A stretch of 64,000 nucleotides of DNA from an uncultured delta proteobacterium (GTDB lineage: Bacteria; Desulfobacterota; Binatia; UBA9968): contig CAVUVW010000016.1 in assembly GCA_963745035.1 (NCBI GenBank), positions 64,001-128,000 of the forward strand. The letters are read 5' to 3'. Under the pieces are notes generated by a model that saw only the letters and a list, made by a program, of their open reading frames with translations, was not told the origin of the DNA and made no database searches. The position numbers and the translations under genes are program-made. How positions within the stretch are numbered: the first letter of the stretch is position 1; each line of letters starts with the position of its first letter. Positions 21,027 to 31,340 of the stretch are shown here, piece after piece.

Positions 21027-21656
21027 CTATGCAGCCGCCACGCTCTGCTCGGCTTCGACGGTCTTCTTGACCGTCGGCCGCTTCATCATGCGCTCCTGCC
21101 AGGCCGTGTAGGCCTTGAGATCTTTCATGGGAAATCCGCCGCGCACGCCCCAGCCGTAGAAAACCAGCGCGTAGGGATCGACCAGCGTGTACTCGTTGCC
21201 CATGATCCAGTCTTTTCCCTGGAACATGGCGTCGATCTCTTGGCAGTTGGCCCAGAACGATTTTCGCCCGTTTTCCTTGACCCCGGCATGCGATGCTTCG
21301 CCTTCGGCAAAACGCTCGGGCCGGTTAACGCGCTGGTACGAGGGATGCACGATGCTGGAGAACCAGCACATGGTCGCGATGCCGCGCGCCTCCTCCGCGG
21401 GATCGGCCGGCATCAGCTTCTTTTCCGGAAACCGTCTTGCAAGATAAGTGAGTATCGCCGTGTTCTCGACCAGGACCTTGCCGTCGACATCGAGCGCCGG
21501 GACTTTCCCCCGCGGGTTGATCTTCTGATACTCCTCGGTCCGCTGCTGTCCCTTGGCGAGCAGGATCGGCTTTGCCTCGTAAGGCGCGCCGGTTTCTTCG
21601 AGACCGATATGCGAAGCGAGAGAACAAGCGCCGGGACTGAAATAGAGCGTCAGCAT
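21027..21656 (-). CDS. Glutathione S-transferase (beta-class-like)
   Basis: YFSPGACSLASHI; INPRGKVPAL; ENTAILTYL. Confidence 0.9.
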   Translation of the reverse strand: MLTLYFSPGACSLASHIGLEETGAPYEAKPILLAKGQQRTEEYQKINPRGKVPALDVDGKVLVENTAILTYLARRFPEKKLMPADPAEEARGIATMCWFSSIVHPSYQRVNRPERFAEGEASHAGVKENGRKSFWANCQEIDAMFQGKDWIMGNEYTLVDPYALVFYGWGVRGGFPMKDLKAYTAWQERMMKRPTVKKTVEAEQSVAAA

Positions 21657-21739
21657 GGGAACGACTCCTCTCTGCGATTTTGACGCCAGCGTATGCTCTA
21701 TCGCGTGATCCTGTCAACTCGTGCAAACGGAAACGGAGA

Positions 21740-21908
21740 GCGCTGAAAAAGATCAGCCTTCGTGATCGTGGAAAGAGACTCGTAGTTCTCGAAGTAGCCC
21801 GTGCGCTCCGAAACCGAGCGCGTGAACGACCCGTTCCGGTATGCGCTCGTGATCAAAGTGAAAAAGCTTCTCGCGAAAATGAAAATCCTCGAGCGCGGTC
21901 GGGCCACG
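21740..21908 (-). pseudogene. katE: Internal fragment of a large-subunit catalase (HPII)
   Basis: [37 protein letters not shown], frameshift, then [20 protein letters not shown]; no start or remainder. Confidence 0.85.
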
Positions 21909-22018
21909 GGGAGGCACCGCGAGATCTGGCTCAAAGTTGGGGCACTGAAAATTTGCCTTGACCTATCTATGGGGCACCCGCAGGACTTCCGCTTCCGGCT
22001 CAGCCCGGCGAGCGCGCG

Positions 22019-22948
22019 CTATGCGATCTTCTCGTAAAAGTTTTTCTCTCCCAGTGGCTGGGTGCGCCAGCGCTTGTGGATCCACAGCCACTGATCCGGG
22101 TAGCGCCGCACCTGCTCTTCGACAAGCTTTGTGAATTTCTCGGTGAGCTGCCGCACGTCTTTTTCTTCATCGCCGCTGCATTCAATTGTCAGCGGCGCCC
22201 CGACTTGCAGCACGTAGCTCCGGCGCCGCTCGTCCCATGGAATAAAGACCGGCACCAAAGGCGCTCCGGTGCGCAGCGCCAGCTTTGCGGCGATGAACGT
22301 AGTGCAGGCCGGCACGCCGAAGAAATCCACAAAGATGCCTTTATTGCGCACGACGTTGATGTCGACCATCAGGGCCAGCAAGTTGCCCGCCCGCAGGGAC
22401 GCCAGCATGGAGCGCGCGGCGCCGCGCTTATCGATCGTGCGGTTGCCGAAACGGCTGCGGATGGTTTCGAGCAGTCGCTCGACGGCGGGATTCTCGATGC
22501 GCCTGACGAGAGAATCAAAAGGGTAGCCGAAGGCCGAAAGCGTGAAGGGTATCATTTCCCAGGCGCCCAGGTGAGCGGAGACAATGATCGCGCCGCGGCC
22601 AAGAGAGAGCGCGGCGTCGATATGGTCCAATCCTTCGCAGTCGATGCTCCGGCGCAGCGTCTCTCGACTCATGCCGGCGAAGCGGCTGAACTCGCCCACA
22701 TGGCGGCCGACATTCAACATGGAGTCGCGCACCAGGCGCGTTCGCTCGCTCTGGCTCATATCCGGAAAAGCCATCTTGAGATTGAGCTCGCCAACGCGCC
22801 GGAGCTTCCAGGCGACAAAATAGGCAACGTAGGCGCAGGCGTGACCCGCGCCAATGGCCAGCCGTCGAGGCAACAACCTCAGGCCCCAAAGCAGAGCACG
22901 GGCCGCCCAATACTCGATGAGGGTGCGCAATTTGCCGCGGTTTTCCAT
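22019..22948 (-). CDS. Lipid A lauroyl/lysophospholipid acyltransferase family protein (LpxL-like)
   Basis: SAHLGAWE; FVDFFG; PDQWLWIHKRWRT. Confidence 0.88.
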   Translation of the reverse strand: MENRGKLRTLIEYWAARALLWGLRLLPRRLAIGAGHACAYVAYFVAWKLRRVGELNLKMAFPDMSQSERTRLVRDSMLNVGRHVGEFSRFAGMSRETLRRSIDCEGLDHIDAALSLGRGAIIVSAHLGAWEMIPFTLSAFGYPFDSLVRRIENPAVERLLETIRSRFGNRTIDKRGAARSMLASLRAGNLLALMVDINVVRNKGIFVDFFGVPACTTFIAAKLALRTGAPLVPVFIPWDERRRSYVLQVGAPLTIECSGDEEKDVRQLTEKFTKLVEEQVRRYPDQWLWIHKRWRTQPLGEKNFYEKIA

Positions 22949-23029
22949 GAGCGATGAATCGATGATGTCGTCAGGAAAGGATACTCGATGGGCGCACCGC
23001 AGGTAAAATTCGGCTAGGACAATGCCGCG

Positions 23030-23536
23030 TTACGGTTTGGTCTCGCCCAAGAGCGGCGACGGCTCGGGAGTTTTTGCATTGCGTGAGAGGGCGAGGAGCT
23101 GGTCGAGAAATCCCGCCTGCGGCGCAAGGATGCGCTTGCGCGCCTCGGCGATGGAGAACCATGCGGCGCGGTCGACTTCGGGGAATTCCTGCGTCTTGCC
23201 CGACTTGGGCGGCCATGCCATTGAAAAAAGATTGCTCCGAACCTGAGCGGGATCGCAGTCGCCTTCGACCGCCCAGGCGTAAACCCGCTTGCCGCCGGTT
23301 TGCTTCACCGGAGCGAGCGGGTGAAATTCGCCGGCGATCGGGAAACCGGTTTCTTCCGTGAATTCGCGCTTGGCCGCCTCCAGCGGATCTTCGCCCTCGC
23401 CGATTTCTCCCTTCGGCAAGGACCACGCGCCAAGATCCTTCTTTGCCCAGAAAGGTCCCCCCGGATGCACAAGGAAGACTTCAAGCTCTTCGCACCGGCG
23501 ATAAAGCAGGATACCAGCGGTGGATTTCTTCGCCAT
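23030..23536 (-). CDS. NUDIX hydrolase
   Basis: LVHPGGPFW; Nudix box PKGEIGEGEDPLEAAKREFTEETG; FPEVDRAAWF. Confidence 0.9.
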   Translation of the reverse strand: MAKKSTAGILLYRRCEELEVFLVHPGGPFWAKKDLGAWSLPKGEIGEGEDPLEAAKREFTEETGFPIAGEFHPLAPVKQTGGKRVYAWAVEGDCDPAQVRSNLFSMAWPPKSGKTQEFPEVDRAAWFSIAEARKRILAPQAGFLDQLLALSRNAKTPEPSPLLGETKP

Positions 23537-23629
23537 TAACAAATTTATATCACGAACGGCGTGCGAATTGGATGGAACGAGCATGGAATCTGAGGGTCGA
23601 ATTACCGGGACAAGTCAGTCAACACGAAA

Positions 23630-23852
23630 TGGTCCATGAGCTTCGCTCGCCGACAGATAATGAAAAGTAGGAGCGCTCACGGCACGATTGTCCCGCTGTT
23701 CATCCCGCGAATGCGGAAATCCAGGTTTGTTCTAGCCGAATTCGCCTGGATACCCGCCCCCGCTTTCGCGAGGGCATGCTGTCGAATCGCGGGTATGACG
23801 GAATCCAAACGCACTCCGCCATTGCTACCACTTCGCACCCGTACTTTCGAAG
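23630..23852 (+). repeat. Composite REP-pair element, copy 1
   Basis: CATGAGCTTCGCTCGCCGACAGATAATGAAA...REP pair...GCACCCGTACTTTCGAAG; similar to copies at 30206-31472 and 49109-49299. Confidence 0.85.
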
Positions 23853-23910
23853 AAGGTACAACGCGCGCGCCAGGGTTTCGCAGGGTGCGCGCGGCGCATC
23901 GCTTGTGCGC

Positions 23911-25324
23911 TCAGGTGCTTCTCGTGCGGCAGGCTGCAACGAGATCTTCGACGTCCTCGACGGTTGAGAGGCGGTTACACCGATCGAGCAATCCTTGAGG
24001 TTTCATTCCGGGCGCACTGGCTTGCAGAAGCCAGGTCATTTTTTCCAGCAGCTCCGCGTCGCCCAGGGGTGCTTCCGGATGGCCTTTCGGTTGATCTACG
24101 CGAGCCTCTACGGTGCGTCCGTCGTTCAGCTCGGCGATAAGGCGCGCGCCGAGAAATCCCTCATTGTCGAATGCCCTGTCCATATCAGGATCGATCACCA
24201 GCTCTATTTTCGCCAGCGCGGCTCTTACCTCGTCCGTTTCCCACGGCGATCCTTCGAACTCTTGGAGCGTCAGCCGGCCGCGCAGGAGCGCCATGGCCAC
24301 GACGAATGGCGTGCTGTGGTCCGCGGCCTCACGAGTCGTGGGAGCAAACGCTTCGGTTGAACCTTGAATGCCGGCCGCGACTCGCCGATGGCCATGAAGG
24401 ATGAGCCTTCGTACTTGCTCCATGCGGATACCTTGTTGGTGGAGGCTAAGCGCCGCCTCGACGGCTGCCTGGGTATTGATCTGTGCCGGATGCAGCTTGA
24501 GCATATTGTGTGTCGTGGTCCAGCGGCGGCCGAGCTGTTCAAGGGGTGCGGCATCAAAGCCAGAGCCCGTGTGGGGTTGTAGGTGGCCAAGCACGGTTTC
24601 GAGCGCATCTTCCGTGGCGCTTACTCCCAAGCCGGCTAGGTCCGCCGCTTCGAGCGCGCGTGCCAAGGCCAATCCGACTGCGACACTCTTGATCATAGGA
24701 ATTGTTGCCGCGGGTCTGAGCCAGGTATTCAGAACGGTGCCGGTTGCTACCGAGAGGCCGCTAGCATGTACAGACTGGGCAGGCGTCGCGCCGCTCAGGC
24801 GTGCGGCGACTATCGGCACGGCCCACGCAACAGTGGTTAAAGGATGGAGCCCACGCCGCCAGAAATTTAGCGATTCAGCCAATGCGCCTTGTAGCTCGTA
24901 GGATGCCACCAAGCAGGTGAGCAATTCTTCGCCGCTCTGCCGGTAACGCTCTGCGAGAGCGAGAAGTCCCGCGGTGCCGTCGCTAAAGTGTCCCGAAGCG
25001 CCGCCGCGACGCAAGACAAAAATATCGTTGGCGTCGAGGTAGCGAACCATGGCGCCGTTGACCAATGCGGCGAGCGCGGCGGGAACTTTTTTCGTCCGTG
25101 CCTAGGATCGTCGCATCGGCGCGGCCGCCTTGGGCGAGCGCGTGTTTTCTGAGCGCTTCAACCGGCGGCGCGTCATAGGCTCCGAGAGCGCACGCGAGGG
25201 TATCGGCGAGATGCCGTCGCGCCGCGGCCAACACTTCCGGCGGAATGGCGTCGTAGCGAAGCGAGAAGGTGAACTCCGCCATTTTCTGCGCCAAGGTTTT
25301 GAGATTTTTTCCTGCGGCGGCCAT
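23911..25324 (-). CDS. MmgE/PrpD family protein (frameshift in homopolymer near 25088)
   Basis: ADTLACALGA; NGAMVRYLDAND; GHFSD; ADHSTPF; PKGHPEAPL. Confidence 0.88.
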
Positions 25325-25380
25325 AGTTCCTTGCTTATCCGGTCGTTGCCGCAACTTCGCTCGGGCATTCTAACAGAGAA

Positions 25381-25467
25381 CTCACCGCCGAGGCGCGGAG
25401 TACGCCGAGATAAAAGTTGGTCTTTGGAAATACTGCGAACTCTGCGAACTCTGATTCTCCGCGGTGA
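25381..25467. repeat. CACCGC.GAG-type nonamer inverted repeat
   Basis: TCACCGCCGAGGCGCGGAGTACGCCGAG...CTGCGAACTCTGCGAACTCTGATTCTCCGCGGTGA; related motif at 383-410. Confidence 0.7.
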
Positions 25468-25600
25468 AAATGGTGTTTTCACTCTTTTGCTTGCGGCTTG
25501 GGCGGCGCTAGGCTTTCTCCTGATCCAGGTTCCTTTGCCGCGTCCTTGACTGAAAGAACCAAGACAGTATGGGAGAGGAACTCGTTTTGAAGGGGGTGCC

Positions 25601-26705
25601 ATGAAAAACTTCCGTTTCAAAACTCAATTGTCGATCGGCCGCTGGGTCGCCGTATTTGTATTGTCCGCGGCGCTTGCCGGACCGGCGTCTGGGCGCGGCG
25701 GCGCCCTATTACGAGGGCAAGTCGATCGAAGTCATCATTCCATTTCCCGTTGCCGGCGGCACCGACATCTGGATCCGCACGATCGCACCGTATCTCGAAA
25801 AACATATTCCCGGCAATCCCAAATTCACCTTCCGCAACATCGGCGGCGGCCGCGGCATCCCCGGCATGATGGAGTTTGCCCTCAAGGCGAAACCGGATGG
25901 ATCCATGACGTTGGTGAGCTCGGCGACCAACTATTTTCCGGTTCTCCTGGGAGACAAGGCGGCCAAATACGATCTTCGCCAGTGGAAGCCGGCGCTGGTG
26001 AATCCCGTGGGCGGCGTGATGTATGCTTCGCCGGCTTCGGGCATCAAGCGGGTGGAAGATCTCGCCAAAACCAAAAATCTCATTTACGGCGGTATCAGCG
26101 CCATCGGCCTGGATCTGATTCCGCTCATCAGCTTCGAGCTGTTGGAGATGGATGCCAAGGGCGTGCTCGGTTTCAAGGGCAGAGGAGAGGCGCGCATCGC
26201 TTTCGAACGCGGCGAAACCAACATCGATTACCAGACGACCCCTGCCTATAACGCCACTGTGGTGCCGCTGATCAAGGAAGGCAAAGCGATACCGCTGATG
26301 AGCTTCGGCCAGCTCGACGACAAGGGCAATATCATCCGCGACCCGGCCGTGCCTGATCTGCCGACGGTTCCCGAAGTCTATGAGAAGATCAAAGGCAAGA
26401 AACCGTCGGGCAGATTCTGGGAAACGTACAGAGTCTTTATGCCGTCGGCATTCGCGGTGCAGAAAATTCTCTGGCTCAAGGCCGACGCTCCGGCGGAAGC
26501 GCTGCGGGTCTACTACGAGGCTGCCGACAAGCTCGAGAAGGACAAAGAGTTTCAAACCAAGACCGATAAAGTTTTGGGAGGCTATCCGCTGCTGCGCGGC
26601 GATCGCCTCGAAAAAACCATCCAGCAGGCCTTTCAGATCGACCCGGAAACCCAACGCTTCGTCAGAGAGTGGGTGGGAAAGAAATATCGCGTGAAGTTCG
26701 ATTAG
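25601..26705 (+). CDS. tctC: Tripartite tricarboxylate transporter substrate-binding protein (frameshift near 25690)
   Basis: Signal peptide in ORF 25601, mature domain in ORF 25656 (YYEGKSIEVIIPFPVAGGTD; AFERGETNIDYQT); upstream of tctA. Confidence 0.85.
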
Positions 26706-26761
26706 CCGAGTGGGCAGAAAGATATGGGTGGTGGAACTGGGATGATGCTGGCACAACCCAA

Positions 26762-26793
26762 CACTCCATCACTCCAGTACTCCAATACTCCAA
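26762..26793. repeat. Octamer tandem repeat (YACTCCAN)4
   Basis: CACTCCAT CACTCCAG TACTCCAA TACTCCAA. Confidence 0.8.
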
Positions 26794-26810
26794 CTTTTTT
26801 GTAGCCTCGC

Positions 26811-28742
26811 ATGTGGGATGCCGCCCTAATCGCGCTCGAAAGGTTCAGCGATCCTCATCATCTGGGCATGCTGATGGCCGGCGTGCTCGCCGGCACGATC
26901 ATCGGTATCTTGCCTGGTCTGGGCGGCATCGCCTCGGTCGCCCTCCTTCTCCCTTTCATCTACACACTCGATGTTAACTCGGCCATGGTGCTGCTGATCG
27001 GATCTCTCGCTGTGGTCCACACCGCGGACACGATCACTTCGGTGCTGATCGGAACTCCGGGCGGCGCGGCGACTGCGGTGACCGTTCTGGATGGGTATCC
27101 GCTGGCCAAGCAGGGCCAGGCGGCCAGGGCCTTGAGCGCCGCGTTTTTGTCATCGATGATCGGCGGGCTCATCGGCACGGTTTTTCTGACTCTTTCTTTG
27201 CCGATCGCGCGGCCCCTCGTGCTTTTTTTCGGCTCTCCCGAGTTATTGATGCTCTGCGTTCTCGGTCTTTCTTTCGCCGGCTTTCTCACCGGCGGGGCGC
27301 CGCTCAAAGGCGGACTGGCGGCATGCCTTGGCCTCTTGTTGGGAAGCGTTGGTTCCGCTCCCGCGGATGCCGTCAATCGCTATACCTTTGATCAGCTGTA
27401 CCTCGTTGACGGCATTCCCCTGGTCGGCGTGGCGCTGGGAATCTTCGGCATCGCGGAGATCGTCGATCTGCTGGTGAAAGGCGGCCGCATCGCCGAGCGG
27501 GTCGATTTGGGCAGCGGTTGGATGCAGGGAGCCAAAGATGTCTGGCAGCATTGGGGCATCGTGGTGCGCGGCTCGCTGATTGGCGTCTGGGCAGGAATTC
27601 TTCCCGGCATCGGGGCTACTGCCGGTTCCTGGATGGCCTATGGCCACGTGGTCGCTATGGCGCGCGATCGCGAAAAATTCGGCAAGGGTGACATCCGTGG
27701 CGTCATCGGTCCGGAGAGCGCCAACAACTCCGTCGATGCCGGTGATCTTATCCCGACGCTGCTATTCAGCGTGCCCGGCGGAGCCCCGGCTGCGATCCTG
27801 CTTGGCGCGTTGTTTTACTACGGTATTCAGCCCGGACCCCGCATGGTTCAGGAAAACCTTGATCTGATTTTTACCATCATCTGGAGTCTCGCGATCGCGA
27901 ACGCCGTAGGGGCAGCCCTCTGCTTTCTTTTGAGCCCCGCGCTGTCCCGCTTCACCTGGGTTTCTTTTGCTCAACTGGCTCCGGCCATCGTGGTCACGAT
28001 TTTTTTTGGCGCCTTTCAAAGCTCGCAGCATTTCGGAGATCTTTTCGCCCTGCTCGGCTTGGGATTCCTGGGCTGGCTCATGAAACAACTGGGCTGGCCG
28101 CGCGCGCCGTTCCTCGTGGGCTTCGTCTTAACGAAGCCGACCGAGCAATATCTCTGGCTATCGATCAGCCGCTACGATTTCGAATGGCTCTTGCGGCCGG
28201 GCGTCATCATTATGGGTTTGTTGCTCCTGGCGTCCATAGTCTGGATCGTTCTCGGGCGAAGCAAGACAAAGGATGCTCCCGGAGAGGAGTCGGCCGAAGG
28301 TGCGGTATCCTTGGGAAAAACCTCCTCGGTTCTGTTCACTCTTGCCGTCTTGATTGTCGCCGCGGCGGCACTGTACGAAGCGCAAGACTTTCCCCACCTC
28401 GGGGCCATATTTCCCATAGCGGCAACGGTTCCCGCGATTTTCATGGCGGTCGCCCAGCTTGTTCTTGATGTGCGCGCGCGTCGAGAGTCTCCGGTATTCG
28501 AGACAGGAAAGAAAATAAGATTGGCCCTGGGCTATTTTCTTGCGCTCGTCTTGTATTTTTTACTGATCTGGCTTTTTGGTTTCGGCATCGCCACAGCGCT
28601 TTTCACCTTCGGATTTCTTTTTGGCTGGGTGCGCATGCGCTGGCTTCCTTCGTTGTCCTATACCGTCGCTGTCGTCGGTTTCGCGCTGCTCCTGAGCCGC
28701 GCTCTCGAGCTCTATTGGCCCCAAGGTCTGCTGCTCGGATGA
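26811..28742 (+). CDS. tctA: Tripartite tricarboxylate transporter permease, TctA fused to a C-terminal TctB-like domain
   Basis: GILPGLG; GTPG; DGYPLAKQG; GPESANNS; IQPGP; about 150 extra hydrophobic C-terminal residues. Confidence 0.9.
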   Translation: MWDAALIALERFSDPHHLGMLMAGVLAGTIIGILPGLGGIASVALLLPFIYTLDVNSAMVLLIGSLAVVHTADTITSVLIGTPGGAATAVTVLDGYPLAKQGQAARALSAAFLSSMIGGLIGTVFLTLSLPIARPLVLFFGSPELLMLCVLGLSFAGFLTGGAPLKGGLAACLGLLLGSVGSAPADAVNRYTFDQLYLVDGIPLVGVALGIFGIAEIVDLLVKGGRIAERVDLGSGWMQGAKDVWQHWGIVVRGSLIGVWAGILPGIGATAGSWMAYGHVVAMARDREKFGKGDIRGVIGPESANNSVDAGDLIPTLLFSVPGGAPAAILLGALFYYGIQPGPRMVQENLDLIFTIIWSLAIANAVGAALCFLLSPALSRFTWVSFAQLAPAIVVTIFFGAFQSSQHFGDLFALLGLGFLGWLMKQLGWPRAPFLVGFVLTKPTEQYLWLSISRYDFEWLLRPGVIIMGLLLLASIVWIVLGRSKTKDAPGEESAEGAVSLGKTSSVLFTLAVLIVAAAALYEAQDFPHLGAIFPIAATVPAIFMAVAQLVLDVRARRESPVFETGKKIRLALGYFLALVLYFLLIWLFGFGIATALFTFGFLFGWVRMRWLPSLSYTVAVVGFALLLSRALELYWPQGLLLG

Positions 28743-28801
28743 CGCGCTGCTCGGCATCTGCTGCGAAAGGCGTTTGACAAGTTCTTGACCTGGGAGGGCA
28801 G

Positions 28802-30166
28802 ATGCAGAAAGTTGATGGTGTTATGACCGATATCATTATCATCGGCGCGGGCGGGTGCGGGCTCATGGCGGCTCTGGTCGCGGCCAAGCAGGGCGCGCAG
28901 GTGCTCGTGCTCGAAAAGACGGACAAGCCCGGAGGCGGGACGGCTTTTTCTTCCAAGGGCATTCGCGCCGCTGGAAGCCGGCGCCAGCGCGAGTTGAATA
29001 TCGAGGACAGTCCCGGACTCTATGCGCAAGATATTCTGCGGCGGAACAATCATGAGAGCGACGGCGAGATCGTCAAGCGCCTGGCGGAAACTTCGGGACG
29101 CGTGGCTGATTTTCTGACGGACGCGGCGGGCGTCGAGTTCCAAATCGGCGAGTTTGCCTTCGGCCACAGCGCGCAGCGATCGCACTCGTGGAAAGCGGAC
29201 AAGACCATCACCGATTTTCTCTTCGAAGCCGTCGAACGGGAGAAGAATATTCAGGTGTGCTTCTCGACCCCGGTTTTATCGCTCAAGCAAGATGCGAGCG
29301 GCGCGGTGACCGGCGTGGCGACGAAGGACAGCGAAATTGCCGCGCGAAAAGTTATCCTTGCTTCCGGCGGATACGGCGCGAGCGCGGAGCTTTTGTCGCG
29401 CTATATTCCCAAAGCCGTGGACATTCCGTTTCCGGGTCACCCCGGCAGCACCGGCGACGGCATCAAAATGGGCTTGGCGATCGGAGCTGTGGCGGAAAAC
29501 ATGGGCGCGTTCCAGCCGTATCCCGCTTACATCGGTCCCGGAAAGCGCGCGGTGGCGCCGGAGATCGCTCTATCCGGCGGCGTCATGGTCGACGCGGCCG
29601 GAAAGCGCTTCGTCGATGAGACCCGATATCCCGGCGGGCTCGGCATCAAGATGCTCGAGCTTCCCGGCAAGCAAGCCTACGAAATTTTCGACGAGCGCAT
29701 TTACCAACTCCATCGAAACGCGCCGGGGTTGAGAAATCTCTCCGGACTTTTCGACGCGGGGCTTTTGCTGAGGGCCGCGACTGCCGAAGAGCTTGCGGGC
29801 AGATTGGCGATCGATGCCGAGGGACTCAAGCAAACCATCCGTGACTACAATCAAAGCGCTGCGAGCGGCGGTAAAGATGCTTTCGGGCGCGCGCTGCCGC
29901 AGCCGCTCAACGAACCATTCTACGGCATCAAAGTGACGGTGGCGCTTTACCATACGCAAGGCGGATTGAAGGTCACGCCCGACGGCCAGGTGCTGCGCGG
30001 CGACGGTTCGATCATTCCCAATCTTTACGCCGGCGGCGGTGTAGCCGTCGGCGTTTCGGGCAAAGGCTTGGAAGGCTATTTGCCGGGTAACGGATTGCTC
30101 GCTTCGCTTGGTTTCGGCATGAGGGCAGCGGAGCACGCGGTGGCTGCGCTGGTCGGAAAGATGTAG
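28802..30166 (+). CDS. FAD-dependent oxidoreductase, succinate dehydrogenase/flavocytochrome c superfamily
   Basis: IIIGAGGCG; VILASGGY; STGDGI; GKRFVDE; HTQGGL; IPNLYAGG. Confidence 0.85.
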   Translation: MQKVDGVMTDIIIIGAGGCGLMAALVAAKQGAQVLVLEKTDKPGGGTAFSSKGIRAAGSRRQRELNIEDSPGLYAQDILRRNNHESDGEIVKRLAETSGRVADFLTDAAGVEFQIGEFAFGHSAQRSHSWKADKTITDFLFEAVEREKNIQVCFSTPVLSLKQDASGAVTGVATKDSEIAARKVILASGGYGASAELLSRYIPKAVDIPFPGHPGSTGDGIKMGLAIGAVAENMGAFQPYPAYIGPGKRAVAPEIALSGGVMVDAAGKRFVDETRYPGGLGIKMLELPGKQAYEIFDERIYQLHRNAPGLRNLSGLFDAGLLLRAATAEELAGRLAIDAEGLKQTIRDYNQSAASGGKDAFGRALPQPLNEPFYGIKVTVALYHTQGGLKVTPDGQVLRGDGSIIPNLYAGGGVAVGVSGKGLEGYLPGNGLLASLGFGMRAAEHAVAALVGKM

Positions 30167-30282
30167 CGGTGAAATCGAAGTGTAAGATAGTTCCTAACCA
30201 CGAAGTGTTTCATGGGCTTATGCATGCCCACATAGGGATGAAAATGACGGAATTCCCAACGCGTGATTCGCTCCACCGGTCG

Positions 30283-31293
30283 TCATTCCCGCGCACGCGG
30301 GAAGGTGGATTCACATTTCAAGTGCAACAGTTCATGGCAGAAGACCTCTGCCGGAGTTTTGTAGTTAAGACACTTTCTCGGAGTGTGATTGTAGGATCGA
30401 ACCAGGCCGAGCAAACGGTCCTCAGATAACGTGGCCAAGTCGGTTTTCCTCGGCAGCCCTCGGCGCAAGCGTCCGATGGCGTTTTCAATGCCGCCTTTTT
30501 GCCATGGCGCATGCGGATCACAGAAAAAGGTGCGCATCGATAGTTTATGGAGTCGGTAATGGTAGGCGAACTCAGTGCCGTTATCGAAGGTGATGGTCCG
30601 ACGTAAGAGCTTGGGTAAAGAGCCCAACAGATCGGTGAGCTTTTTGGCCACAGGCTCGGCCGCCTTGTTGGGTTGACGGCTGAGCAGGAGCAACCGGGAG
30701 CGTCTTTCATGAGTAACCAGAACCGCCTGACCGTATTGAGCGAACAACATCAGGTCGCCTTCCCAGTGTCCGGCCTGGCGGCGCTTGTGGATGTAGGCCG
30801 GACGGCGATCGATCGGTACTCGGTCCTGAATATGATCCACCGGACTGCCGCCTTTATGCCCACGCCAACCCCGCTTGCTTTTGGCTCGGGGAAGATAGAG
30901 CCGCCAGCGGTAGTCCTTGGTACGACGGATCTGAGAGTCGATAAACCGATAGATCGATTCATAGCTGATCACGGTGGCTCTTTGCTCCTTTTTCAGTCGT
31001 CCGGCAACTTGTGCTGGCGACCACCCTTGGCTCAGGCCCTCGAGCACTTTTTCTTGAAGATCAGGCTTGCGCAACAGACGACTGCCTCGCCAACGTCGAC
31101 TCTTGGCTTGCTGCTCAGCGTAGGAAGGCTGGTAACCCACCTGATTGCCGCTGTTGCGTTTAAGCTCGCGCATTATAGTCGATGGCGCGCGATCCATAGC
31201 TGCCGCGATTTGGCGCATTGTTTTCCCGGCCTGGCTAAGTCCGGATACTGTACACCGTTCTTTAAGCGAAAGTTGCTCATACCGTTGTCCCAT
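30283..31293 (-). CDS. IS30-family DDE transposase
   Basis: HTH RAPSTIMRELKRN; WSPAQVAG; GHWEGD; TFDNGTEF; PWQKGGIEN; NHTPRKCLNYKTP. Confidence 0.95.
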   Translation of the reverse strand: MGQRYEQLSLKERCTVSGLSQAGKTMRQIAAAMDRAPSTIMRELKRNSGNQVGYQPSYAEQQAKSRRWRGSRLLRKPDLQEKVLEGLSQGWSPAQVAGRLKKEQRATVISYESIYRFIDSQIRRTKDYRWRLYLPRAKSKRGWRGHKGGSPVDHIQDRVPIDRRPAYIHKRRQAGHWEGDLMLFAQYGQAVLVTHERRSRLLLLSRQPNKAAEPVAKKLTDLLGSLPKLLRRTITFDNGTEFAYHYRLHKLSMRTFFCDPHAPWQKGGIENAIGRLRRGLPRKTDLATLSEDRLLGLVRSYNHTPRKCLNYKTPAEVFCHELLHLKCESTFPRARE

Positions 31294-31340
31294 CGCAACA
31301 CCTTATACAGAAAGTGTTGCACTTGGTTTGTGAATTTAGG
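30304..31340 (-). mobile_element. IS30-family insertion sequence, 1037 bp, with 3-bp GAA target duplication
   Basis: Imperfect IRs GGTGGATTCACATTTCAAGTGCAACA / CCTAAATTCACAAACCAAGTGCAACA; GAA at 30301-30303 and 31341-31343. Confidence 0.9.
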
